A stretch of DNA of 64,000 bases from a virus (Duplodnaviria > Caudoviricetes): the IMG/VR virus record IMGVR_UViG_3300032321_001270, positions 141,189 through 205,188 of that record; one strand, 5' to 3'. Below the pieces are notes generated by a model, which saw only the letters and a program-made list of their open reading frames with translations, had not been told where the DNA came from and ran no database searches. The position numbers were made by a program, and so were the translations under genes. Of the stretch, positions 45,743 through 55,317 are shown piece by piece (the stretch's first letter is position 1; every line of letters starts with the position of its first letter).

Positions 45743-48700
45743 TCACCTACCTTGCCGTGAGCCAGTAGCATTTGCCATGTCGACGGGTGGCCCACCGTCG
45801 GGCGTGTCTTCCATACGCCGGCCGGAAGCTGCAAGCACAGCTTCAGACAGACCCTGCAGCACAAGTGTGCCGTTGATATTCATGTCGCCTCCGCCGGCCC
45901 CACCCATCCCAGCTGCTCGACGTTCTTGTTGAGCAACTTGATCTTTGAGGAAGTTGTAACGTACTTGATCCTTCTCGTCGGCGAAGTACTCCTGACCGTT
46001 CCAGCCGCGTTTCTTTTTACCTTCAAGGTCGTGAAGACGCTGCGTCGCTGCCTGCAGCGGATCTTCAGACCCAGCATTCAGCATCGCCTGTTCAGCCAAC
46101 AACTTGATGTGCGGTTTCTGAACGACTTGCGAAACGCTACCGTCGGGGTTTGTGACGTTAACGCGTTTCGCGCCGTTCTTTTTGAAATCTGCTTTTTCTT
46201 GTGCCGTGCCGTAACGTTCGACGTCGAGAGCGGCCTGCTCTTCTGTGTAGTTTGGATTGTGCGGTATAAACACACGTTCAGATGCGTCCTGCGTGCCGCC
46301 AAACATAGTCCACGTCGCTTCGCCGCGCACCTCGCGCATTGAGATATCTAAACCGGGCAGTTTGCCCTTGGCGCCAAACGGATCGTATGTTGTGATTTGA
46401 TCGCCGGTTCGCGGCGCAGAAATGCTTTGCCGGCGAGACTGCAGCTCTTCCCACTGTTTTTGGTCTTCCGGGTTATCAAATTTTGTTTCTGTTCTTCCCC
46501 TGCCGCCAGCTGACCAATACGTTTTGCCGCGTTTCTGCAACGCTGCCATTTCGGCGTCGACCTCTTTCAGCGCGTCAGCTTTGCTCGTTACGTGTGTTGT
46601 GGCTTGGCCGACGCCGCCGGCAGAAACTGGTCCGCCCGTCGCTGGGCCGTGGCCGCGGCGATTGAGCTGTTGCACTTGCTCCGGCGTCAGATTCTGCGAC
46701 GACACGCCCTGTTGCGCGGCGTTGCTTTCGTTGATCGCGTCTTTAATGCGTCCCACGTTTGCGCGTTCAGACTCGTCAAGACGCCACGAGTACAAGCCGT
46801 TTTGTGCGCTCTCTAGCGCCGCCATACCTTCACGCTGCGCTTCCGGCGTGAACTTTTTAAACAACGATACGGCGTCGGCGTTCGGTAGCGTTAGCAATAG
46901 CTGCCGTTTTGTTTTGTCCATCATCGCGGCTTTCATGCCCGCGCCAGACGGATCGGATCCGACCTCGTCTAATAGTTTTTGCTGTTCAGTCGTAACCTTA
47001 TCGGTGGCTTCGGCCACACCCATGCCGCGCTCGCGCTTTGCGTTGTTAGCGCCAGTTAGAATATTGTTTAACCGCTCTGTCACTTTTTCTGGGTCAGAAC
47101 CCATGACGGCGACTAATTCTTTACGCGCCTGCGCCTGAGCCTCTTCGGGGTCCATACCCTGTAGTACAAATTGCTGCGCGAGCTGGGCTGTTATTTTTTT
47201 GCCCATAATCTCGGCGCGCTTTTCGGCTGTTTCTCCGGCGGTCCCGCCCATCTGGTTCACCGCGACTTCAGCTGCGGCGACGCTGATCATGCGCATGCGC
47301 TTTTTACGTTGCGTCTCAAACTGCGCGTCCGACATACCCTTTGGACGCAACTTCTCATATTCAGCGCGGTCGTAGCCTTGTTCCATCTTGTCATAGACGG
47401 CTTTGCCGACATCGCCAACGACGGCATTAGCTTTCGCGGTTGGCCGCTTTTGCGCCTTGGCTACATCTTCCGGTGTTTGTTCAAGGCCGGCGCCAGCTAA
47501 ACCACCAATGTCTTGCGCAACCCGCAACGATTGCGCGATGGCGCGCGCCTGCGCTTGCTTCTCGTCGCTAAGTCCGCCGCCAAACAACCCGCGCTTCATT
47601 TGATCTTCAAACGACTTGGAGTCTGAGCTGAGCGCCGCGGTGGCAAACTTTTCAATCTGCTCTTTAGACGCCCCCGGCCCGAACATTTGCTCTGCCATGG
47701 CGCGAGCCGCAGCGTTTACGTCTTCTTTGTTACCGGTATTGAACCCCTTCATGATCAATTCGGCTTGTTTGCGCTGCTGCTCGCTTTGTTTCTTTTCAGC
47801 GTCAGTTGTGCCCTTGGCCGTATCGGCAGACTTCATGATGGCGCGATTTTTAATCTCGTCGATTTTGGCCGGGTCGAGCGGTTCTTTTGCATCAACCCCC
47901 GCAAGTTTTTTCAACTGCGTCGCCTCGGCGCCGGCAGGGTTTTTTTGCGCAGCTTCTGCCAGCTTTTCAATCTGGCTCGGCGTGATCGTCGCCTGCGTGT
48001 ACATTTTGGCTGCTGCGACCAAACCTTCTTGCATATCTGGGGCGTAACTCTGCAGCAAGTCGTCTTCCGACGTAACATTAAAAATAGCTTTCAACGCGTC
48101 GGACCGCGTCCCGGCGTTATCGTCGGCGAGTTTTTCAAGCTCCTCGCCAACGCGCTGCATAGTTGTTGATTCTTTACCCTTGGCCGACGCCGCAAATCGT
48201 TTTGCTCGGCGCTGATTGACTACCATCTTTGTGTCGGCTTCAGACAGCGCGTCTTTGTCGTACTGTTGTTTCAACGCCTCTATGCTGACGCCAGTACGCT
48301 GCTGGGCGATCGCACTTGTTTCAGAATATGTTGCAAGCAAGTTGTCGCGGCGTTTTTCAGCCGTGTCGCCGTAAATAGCCTCAAAGTACTGATTAGCGGC
48401 CTTCTCCGCCGCGCCCTGTTTCATGTTGCCGCCAGCGCTGCTCTTGAAGTATTTAACTAACTCTTCTCGTCCGCGCTTCTCTAACGTTGCAACGCGTTCC
48501 TCAGAAGACATGTCGGCCGTCTCGTCGATCATTATGCCAGTCATCGCATACGACAACCCGCCGGCCAACGCCGTGTTTTTTGATCTAAAGTCTGCGTCTG
48601 ACATACCCGCGGGTTTGAGCTTTTTAAACTCTGCGCTGCCCATGCGATCTTGAATAACACCCTCGTGCGCGCGCGACAAATTCCTCTGCAACTCAAAACG

Positions 48701-50425
48701 TTGCGCCTTATAGGCGTACCCGGCATTGAGATATTCTTCTGTACCAATCTGGTCATTTTGATAAGCGCGGAAAAGTCTGTCGTCCGCACCACCCTCGCGG
48801 GCCATGTTATAGATGGCCTTCATGCCGCCACGACCTGCCTGCTCAGACAGGTTGTAAGATTTTCCCTTATACTCGTATGTGTCGGAACCGGTGCGATACG
48901 CCTGCATCGCCGCTTCAAGTTGTGTGCCTTTGTATTTGTCTGGGTTTTCAGACACCATGCGATTCAATACTGCCATGCCGCGGCCAACCGCGGAAGCGTC
49001 GGCACGGGTAGACAAAGCGGCAGATCTCGATTCGGCTTCTGCGCGATTCAGCTTCCCGAAACCCGGCTTTTCAAACACACCCGCGTCGGCCATCGCTTGC
49101 CCGCGCATCAGATCGCTAGTCATGCCTTTTTCGGCTGTTACTTCTGATAATCCAAGTTGCCGCGCCTGTGCTTTTTTCTCGTACATCAAGGCGTTTAGAT
49201 TTTTCAGATCTGTATTTGAATCGCGCGCGGCCATACGCATCTCACGCACGAGCGATTCAACCTTACCGGCACCCATGCTGCTTTGCGCCCCGTTTGTCAG
49301 GTGCTGCAAATTTGCAATGAGTTCTTGAATCGGCGCGTTGGGGTTGCCGTTGTCGCCGAATATTTCACGAATAGCCGACACTGCGCCGTTGTATTCTTTG
49401 ACAGCTTTTGAAACGTTCTTAGCGTCGAGCGCGTTAGCGGCGAGACCGAACCCTTCCATCTGTTCGATTTCTTCGGCCGACTTTGCCCGTTTGTCGCCGG
49501 CTTTGTACTTGTCGATTTCCGAGAACGTATCGCCGAGGCGTTTTTTAAACTCGGGAAGTTTGTCCGCGAGCATAATTTTGCGTTCTTCGTCTGACGCGTT
49601 GGCGTAGTCGTAGTCGCGTTCCATTAGTTCTGAGTGGCCGAACTGCTGCGCAAGACTCGTCATGGTCTTGTCATCGCGCTTACCGCGGCCGATCGCTTTT
49701 ACCCGGTCTGCCGGCTTGAGCGCGCCGATACTCTGCGGAAGCCGGCCTTGCTGAAACAACACGTCCATCATCTCGCCGCTGGCCACTGCACCAAACCCAT
49801 GCATCTCGTCTAGATTGGCATCGGGTCCGTACAAGTTTTGATACATATTCTGCGAGAACTGCTGCAGCGATTCAGATGACATCCTGCGGCCGCCAGTTGC
49901 GGCGTCTGGCCTAAAAAAACCAACCCGCGAGGCGGCAGACGCAAGCGCGGTCGGATCGCCGCGCCGACCAAACATAATCCCCTCTAAATTTTCAGCACCA
50001 ATCTGCGCGGCAGCAAACTGTTTAAATATCGGGTTATTCAGTACCGCAGCGCCGACATTGGCATGCTCTCGGTCGAGCCGCGTTAATTCTTGTCCGCCGT
50101 TAACAACCCGCTGAAACCCAAGCAATTTTTTAGCGACTTGCTCGTTGCCGGCCATATTAGCTGCTTGCACGGCGGCGGCACCGTGGCGCTGGTAGCGGGC
50201 TGCTGTATACTGGTCCAGCCGCGCTTGTCCGGGCGCCTGATGCGCCAAAAAGGCGTCCTCGCCGAACAGCCCCTGTACGATCCCGGGGCCGTATAAATTA
50301 GCCATATACCCGAACGCGTCGTCAACGTGGGCGGCGTTCTGAAACGGCGAATAAACAGGCGGTGCGTACGGATTATTGGTGTCGTTTTGTACGTACCCGG
50401 CGGCGCCGTACTGGCTTGCTTTCAT
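45743..50425 (-). CDS. Tape measure protein
   Basis: 1560 aa, Ala/Lys/Gln-rich helical, C-terminal MNINGTLVL; downstream of chaperones. Confidence 0.8.
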   Translation of the reverse strand: MKASQYGAAGYVQNDTNNPYAPPVYSPFQNAAHVDDAFGYMANLYGPGIVQGLFGEDAFLAHQAPGQARLDQYTAARYQRHGAAAVQAANMAGNEQVAKKLLGFQRVVNGGQELTRLDREHANVGAAVLNNPIFKQFAAAQIGAENLEGIMFGRRGDPTALASAASRVGFFRPDAATGGRRMSSESLQQFSQNMYQNLYGPDANLDEMHGFGAVASGEMMDVLFQQGRLPQSIGALKPADRVKAIGRGKRDDKTMTSLAQQFGHSELMERDYDYANASDEERKIMLADKLPEFKKRLGDTFSEIDKYKAGDKRAKSAEEIEQMEGFGLAANALDAKNVSKAVKEYNGAVSAIREIFGDNGNPNAPIQELIANLQHLTNGAQSSMGAGKVESLVREMRMAARDSNTDLKNLNALMYEKKAQARQLGLSEVTAEKGMTSDLMRGQAMADAGVFEKPGFGKLNRAEAESRSAALSTRADASAVGRGMAVLNRMVSENPDKYKGTQLEAAMQAYRTGSDTYEYKGKSYNLSEQAGRGGMKAIYNMAREGGADDRLFRAYQNDQIGTEEYLNAGYAYKAQRFELQRNLSRAHEGVIQDRMGSAEFKKLKPAGMSDADFRSKNTALAGGLSYAMTGIMIDETADMSSEERVATLEKRGREELVKYFKSSAGGNMKQGAAEKAANQYFEAIYGDTAEKRRDNLLATYSETSAIAQQRTGVSIEALKQQYDKDALSEADTKMVVNQRRAKRFAASAKGKESTTMQRVGEELEKLADDNAGTRSDALKAIFNVTSEDDLLQSYAPDMQEGLVAAAKMYTQATITPSQIEKLAEAAQKNPAGAEATQLKKLAGVDAKEPLDPAKIDEIKNRAIMKSADTAKGTTDAEKKQSEQQRKQAELIMKGFNTGNKEDVNAAARAMAEQMFGPGASKEQIEKFATAALSSDSKSFEDQMKRGLFGGGLSDEKQAQARAIAQSLRVAQDIGGLAGAGLEQTPEDVAKAQKRPTAKANAVVGDVGKAVYDKMEQGYDRAEYEKLRPKGMSDAQFETQRKKRMRMISVAAAEVAVNQMGGTAGETAEKRAEIMGKKITAQLAQQFVLQGMDPEEAQAQARKELVAVMGSDPEKVTERLNNILTGANNAKRERGMGVAEATDKVTTEQQKLLDEVGSDPSGAGMKAAMMDKTKRQLLLTLPNADAVSLFKKFTPEAQREGMAALESAQNGLYSWRLDESERANVGRIKDAINESNAAQQGVSSQNLTPEQVQQLNRRGHGPATGGPVSAGGVGQATTHVTSKADALKEVDAEMAALQKRGKTYWSAGGRGRTETKFDNPEDQKQWEELQSRRQSISAPRTGDQITTYDPFGAKGKLPGLDISMREVRGEATWTMFGGTQDASERVFIPHNPNYTEEQAALDVERYGTAQEKADFKKNGAKRVNVTNPDGSVSQVVQKPHIKLLAEQAMLNAGSEDPLQAATQRLHDLEGKKKRGWNGQEYFADEKDQVRYNFLKDQVAQQERRAAGMGGAGGGDMNINGTLVLQGLSEAVLAASGRRMEDTPDGGPPVDMANATGSRQGR

Positions 50426-50434
50426 ATGCCACCG

Positions 50435-50830
50435 TTAATTGCCGTGAAGTTCTTTGTAGCGTTTAATCAATTCCTGCGCCGAACTATCCAGTATTGTATC
50501 TTCTTGCACCGCCTGATTTGCAGCCGCGGTGTCGGTTTTATCGGCCACTAGCCACGGATACACCAATTTTTGAATAAGCTGTAACAGGTCGTTTGCGTGT
50601 TTTTTGGCGTCTTTAAAGCTATCTTCCGTCAGGTTGCCGTGAGATAACAGCGCCAGCCAATGCTTGTGCGCGACCGTCAGCAGTTCATAATCTTCCCGAC
50701 GCTCCATTTCTTGCAGTAACAGTAAGTGCTTAATTCGCCATTTTCTGTCTTGGGGATCGGCACTGGTGTAATCAATTGCACCGGTGACGGCGGCTCGCAC
50801 CATTAAGGCCGCTACCCGATCCCGTTCCAA
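50435..50830 (-). CDS. Tail assembly chaperone C-terminal (GT-like) ORF, probably reached by -1 frameshift
   Basis: No ATG or RBS at its 5' end; overlaps upstream ORF in the -1 frame at a T5 run. Confidence 0.6.
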   Translation of the reverse strand: MERDRVAALMVRAAVTGAIDYTSADPQDRKWRIKHLLLLQEMERREDYELLTVAHKHWLALLSHGNLTEDSFKDAKKHANDLLQLIQKLVYPWLVADKTDTAAANQAVQEDTILDSSAQELIKRYKELHGN

Positions 50831-51825
50831 AAACTTGGTTCAAGCGTCATGGCTTCTAGGGCCTCGACGAGTCTTTGGAATTTGCGTAAATGTGTCGCAG
50901 CTAGGCGGCGTGTGACTTCGTGCGCCAGCGCCTTTGAATGAACAAATTCTCTGGCGGCGGGCAGCGCTGTTTGATTGGGTTTGTCTTTTACCGGTTCAAA
51001 CTTGATTTCACTCAACTCAGGAATGATAACCAGCGGTTTTTTATTTCCGTCATACACGGCTTCCAGCGAGCAAGCCATCCGGTACTCTAACATGCGCAGA
51101 AACCATTCGGCTTCTGACAAGATTAAACCGTCGTTTTGATCTAGGAGCAGCTGCCGCTGAACGAGGAAGTTTTCGTCGGCCAGCATGCTGCGCAGTCGAA
51201 TCACAAACTTGCCGCCCGCCAGTTCGTAGTCTCTTTTGAACCGACCACCACCGAGCAACGTCGTTAAAAAATCTTCCTTATCTTTGTCGGTAACGTTTGT
51301 GTCGTACTCCTGCTGCATATCCCAGCCGCAGCGCGGGCAAAACGGCATGACAATCATCGGCGCTGAAATACCAGCTTCTTCTACCGCGGGCACGTCGGCC
51401 GGCGATACAGGCTGTTCCGTTACAGTTGTTTTCGGCTGCCCGGGTTCAGACGCTGCTGGTGTCGGATCTGCGGTCTCGCGGTCATCGATGATTTCAGCGC
51501 TATTTGTGTTAACAAGCTTTTCGTACATATCGCGCACGGAGTCAGACATGCCGGCGGTGTCTTGGTCTAGTTGCTCTCGCTGCGCGATTTTATTAGCGGT
51601 GCCTTTCGCAGCTGCTAGCATTTCTTTGATCTGGCTGACGTCTTCTTCTTTCATGGCGTCTTTATCAATAAGGACGTCAACACGGGACGACGCCGGCAGA
51701 CGATCTTTGATCTGCAGCATAAGCTGTCCCAGATCCGCGGGAATAGGGTCGTTATTTCGCCAACCGAACTGTTCCAGCGTCTTCTTTGTGAAATCCGAGA
51801 CGTAGGGATTTTCTACCAACTCCAT
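50812..51825 (-). CDS. Tail assembly chaperone-like protein with CPRC motif
   Basis: Position before tape measure; GGAG RBS. Confidence 0.55.
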   Translation of the reverse strand: MELVENPYVSDFTKKTLEQFGWRNNDPIPADLGQLMLQIKDRLPASSRVDVLIDKDAMKEEDVSQIKEMLAAAKGTANKIAQREQLDQDTAGMSDSVRDMYEKLVNTNSAEIIDDRETADPTPAASEPGQPKTTVTEQPVSPADVPAVEEAGISAPMIVMPFCPRCGWDMQQEYDTNVTDKDKEDFLTTLLGGGRFKRDYELAGGKFVIRLRSMLADENFLVQRQLLLDQNDGLILSEAEWFLRMLEYRMACSLEAVYDGNKKPLVIIPELSEIKFEPVKDKPNQTALPAAREFVHSKALAHEVTRRLAATHLRKFQRLVEALEAMTLEPSFWNGIG

Positions 51826-51839
51826 AACCGACTCCTTGG

Positions 51840-54722
51840 TTAGTTACGCGGAACGATGGGATAATTGCCGTTAATTTTTTTCGGCTCGTTGGATTTGAAT
51901 TCTGGTTCTTTGTATTCACCCGCAAGACCCGGCGCCTCACCGCGTTCTTTGTCGATATAGCCGCCCTCAAGCTGCACAATCTTGAAATCTTGTTCGACGT
52001 ACGCGGGCTCAGAGTTAAGCCACTTATCGCCGGGAAACGGGAATGTCTTACCACACGACTTCGCGGTAACCGGGCGCTCTGTCCACCTTTCGGGAATTTT
52101 TCCGTCGAGCCGGCCCATCTGCTGCCAACGGTCCTCGTACAGCATGAAGTCGGGGATGTTGTAATCTTCGTCGCGCCGGAACGAAAACTCCATGATGGTC
52201 ATGACTTTTTCATTACCAGCGCGTTTGTCGACATACCATGTTTGCTGCACTTTTTCATTGTCGATCATGTCGCCGATGGCTGGGATGTCGACATCAATAA
52301 GCGACTTGAACAGCTCAACCGCCGCTTTGACCTGAGACTGGCAATCTCCGTCGCAGGGGCCCACGAAGATAGCGCCCTTGGCGGCTTGTTCCGTGAGGAT
52401 GTGACCCTTCGCTACAAGAACGCTGCCGTCGCACAGTACGTTGCCGTCGCAGAAGATATCGCCGTCAGTGCCGATCGGGCCGCAGAGGCAGGTAAGAGTC
52501 TGGCGAAACAGGTTTGCCTTATTTGTGCCGCCGATTTTCTGACCGCCAAAGAAGTGATAAACCTCGCCGTCTTCTTTAAGATAGTTGTACAGATTTGTCG
52601 ACTTCGTGATGATATCTTCTTCACCCTGCGAGGCGTCGAGCATGATCATTCCTTGCTCGATCTCGCCACCGCCTGTGCGTAAGTAAATCTGCTTTGCCAG
52701 CCCCACTACGTTTGAATGCGGCGCCCGAGCAACAACACCAGCAAACTTAATTTCGTCGCCGCATGTTTCAAAGTCGTACTCGATGGTCTTGCCGCGCGAC
52801 TCCAGCAAGATGCCGCCTTCGCGATCAGTCGAGTCGTTGCCGGCCAGTACCAGAACGTTACGCTCGGCTTTGATGCGGATGTTTTTCTCTGTAGCCGAGA
52901 TATCGACTGTTTTATTCGCGCGCGCAATAACGTCATTACCAGCCCACGCTTGCACGTCTCGGCCGCCCTTGAGCCACACGTCACCCGGCGCTGAGATAAA
53001 CACGCAACCGCCAACCATCCGAATCTCGCCGCCGTAACCATCACCAATACATACGCCGCCATCTTCCAGCAACGAGATGTACGATTCCTGCTCGTAAAAC
53101 TTTTGTTCGTTATAGCGGTGGTCGATTTTCCACATCTTGGGCTGCGGTTCTTTCAAATACATAGAACCCTGCAACTCGCCAAACGTCGGAATTTTTTGAT
53201 TTACGTCGGCATAACCCTCAGACTTTAAATCCTGTTCTTCCCACGTTTTGTAGTCCTTCTCGTGCCAATAGAAGGCGTGTAACCCGGAGTAGTTGAATAG
53301 GTAACCGTGCAAATCAAGAACAGCCGTGGCGCGCTGTAAATTGGGCCACTTACTGTCCGTGGTTTTGATGTCGCCAGTGATTTTGTGGTCAGGCCCAGAG
53401 CCGAACATGCTCGCGGCTTTATAATTCCGCTCTGTGTCGTCGCCTTCGCCGGATTCGGGGCGGCGGAGCCTCTGCGGGATTGGCAGCAGAATACGTTTAG
53501 ATAACACAATGCCCTTGGACGACGTAATGAATCGCCGGCCGTCTAGCGCCGTGTTATCCTCTTGCAGGCCGTATACGGGCTTCTCTTCGTGATCCTGTGT
53601 TTTTGATCCGCCACCGCAATCGGGCGAGAACCCGTGCTTGCCGCGAATGCTGGACTCATACGGCGGTATAGCTTCCCCAGCGCTCCCCGGCTTATACGTC
53701 CAGCGCTGTACGCCTTTGGGCGGCGCATGTATCACCGTGCGCGAACCTTGCCCCAAATAGCCAAAGAATTTTTGTGTCCGGTGATAGGGTTGCTGGAACT
53801 CGTTGTCGTTTTCCCAGTGCGTGTAATATGGCACGGCGAGCGGGCACAGGTAGTCCTTTGGCTGGAACTCCTTGATCATCGGCATGCCGATTTCTATGTT
53901 TCCAGCAGCTTCCCACGGGTACGGCGAATAACCAGTGCTGTCGTTACACTCGGCTTGGTCCATATACGAATCGCGCTCGCTACCCGCGGTCCAAACCTGC
54001 ATGTTCCAGCCGGCTACCCGCAACATCTGATCGTGATAAAACCCATATACACCGCAAAACTCGTTCACCGAGGCGCGGAACATGAAGTCGTCAACGGAAA
54101 TACCGACGCCAGTTGTCGTGATCGCGCCCCACTCGCTGGCTAGCGTGGCGTCCATAGGCCGCCAACACGACCAATCAACCATCTGCCCGTTAAGCTTCTC
54201 TTTGAGATACTTTTTGTGGCAGTCGTCAACTCGCTTCCGGGTAGCTTGCGAGATGTAGTCGTGGTAAGCACGCTTTCCGATATCTAAAACACTCGGGACA
54301 GATCCGATGATGTACGCTTGCCCGATCTTGTCGTGAACCATCACGATCACTGGCGTACCGGGCGCGTATGTGTTCAGCGCCGACGCGCCGAAACAAACTT
54401 GACTCGTCGTCGAGAGCGCGGATGCAATAATCGGCGCACGAGATTTTTCTACAAAAACTTTGTAGCAATTGGCAATCGATGTGCCGTCTACAATTGTGCC
54501 CGTAACAAGCTTACCGGTGTCCTGAAAGCCTTGTTTAAATCCGGCCAGTTTGCTAAACGGGTCGGCAACAGCCTGAACCTGCGCTGCATAAGCGCCGGTA
54601 CCGGTGCGACTAGAGAGCTGTTTTTGGGCGACAACGCGAGCAGCTTGAGATTGATCGACTGAGTGCTGCTGCCCTGTTTGCGGAGTATTACTTACCGGCT
54701 TGCCCGGGGGCGTCCGTGACAT
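51840..54722 (-). CDS. Baseplate central spike (gp5/VgrG-like): OB-fold plus beta-helix
   Basis: GTIVD...KV.V...PGTPV.V OB-fold pattern; periodic I.I.A..DV.L.G beta-repeats. Confidence 0.65.
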   Translation of the reverse strand: MSRTPPGKPVSNTPQTGQQHSVDQSQAARVVAQKQLSSRTGTGAYAAQVQAVADPFSKLAGFKQGFQDTGKLVTGTIVDGTSIANCYKVFVEKSRAPIIASALSTTSQVCFGASALNTYAPGTPVIVMVHDKIGQAYIIGSVPSVLDIGKRAYHDYISQATRKRVDDCHKKYLKEKLNGQMVDWSCWRPMDATLASEWGAITTTGVGISVDDFMFRASVNEFCGVYGFYHDQMLRVAGWNMQVWTAGSERDSYMDQAECNDSTGYSPYPWEAAGNIEIGMPMIKEFQPKDYLCPLAVPYYTHWENDNEFQQPYHRTQKFFGYLGQGSRTVIHAPPKGVQRWTYKPGSAGEAIPPYESSIRGKHGFSPDCGGGSKTQDHEEKPVYGLQEDNTALDGRRFITSSKGIVLSKRILLPIPQRLRRPESGEGDDTERNYKAASMFGSGPDHKITGDIKTTDSKWPNLQRATAVLDLHGYLFNYSGLHAFYWHEKDYKTWEEQDLKSEGYADVNQKIPTFGELQGSMYLKEPQPKMWKIDHRYNEQKFYEQESYISLLEDGGVCIGDGYGGEIRMVGGCVFISAPGDVWLKGGRDVQAWAGNDVIARANKTVDISATEKNIRIKAERNVLVLAGNDSTDREGGILLESRGKTIEYDFETCGDEIKFAGVVARAPHSNVVGLAKQIYLRTGGGEIEQGMIMLDASQGEEDIITKSTNLYNYLKEDGEVYHFFGGQKIGGTNKANLFRQTLTCLCGPIGTDGDIFCDGNVLCDGSVLVAKGHILTEQAAKGAIFVGPCDGDCQSQVKAAVELFKSLIDVDIPAIGDMIDNEKVQQTWYVDKRAGNEKVMTIMEFSFRRDEDYNIPDFMLYEDRWQQMGRLDGKIPERWTERPVTAKSCGKTFPFPGDKWLNSEPAYVEQDFKIVQLEGGYIDKERGEAPGLAGEYKEPEFKSNEPKKINGNYPIVPRN

Positions 54723-54785
54723 TTTTATCCACCAAAAGGTGTGGTTACGGGCAAATATGCCCAAGGCTTTTCAGCCTAATACCAT

Positions 54786-54822
54786 AAGCGGCGGCTGCGT
54801 TTTGCGCAACCGCCGCTTACTT
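54786..54822 (-). terminator. Hairpin downstream of the tube gene
   Basis: AAGCGGCGG...CCGCCGCTT inverted repeat. Confidence 0.55.
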
Positions 54823-54844
54823 GATTACCGATATGTCGTTATTA

Positions 54845-55288
54845 TCACGAATCTTCAAGATCCGCGAAGATAAACGACAGGTTTTCTGTCAGCACGATCT
54901 CTTGGGCCGTGACACTGGCGCCAATCGACGTGAGGGTGGCAGACGTCATTCGATACGTGCGCTTCGCTTGCGCGCACTTACCGCCGCCCTTGCCTGTGGC
55001 CTCAAGTTTTAGTTCTTTGGGATTACACATATCTCCGTAATCCTTAACAAGCGTAGCCATAGACGAGTTGCCGCCTACAACGCGGCTCATCTGGCACTGC
55101 CCCTGCCGGCGGTTACCGACGTAATAAATGTTGTTTGAGCCGATCTCGTACAACATGTTTACGGTGCGGTTTACCGTGAACTGCACTTGCTGCACCAGCA
55201 CACCAGCCTTGCCGCCGATCGTCAGATTAAAATCTTCGGCGCGGAAAGAACCTGTGTGCTTTTGCTCTGTACCGAAATTAAATGGCAT
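54845..55288 (-). CDS. Tail tube protein
   Basis: 147 aa directly after sheath; VQQVQF.V.R....YEIG pattern. Confidence 0.75.
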   Translation of the reverse strand: MPFNFGTEQKHTGSFRAEDFNLTIGGKAGVLVQQVQFTVNRTVNMLYEIGSNNIYYVGNRRQGQCQMSRVVGGNSSMATLVKDYGDMCNPKELKLEATGKGGGKCAQAKRTYRMTSATLTSIGASVTAQEIVLTENLSFIFADLEDS

Positions 55289-55317
55289 AGCTCACCTTTG
55301 TAATAGAAGTTCCAGAA

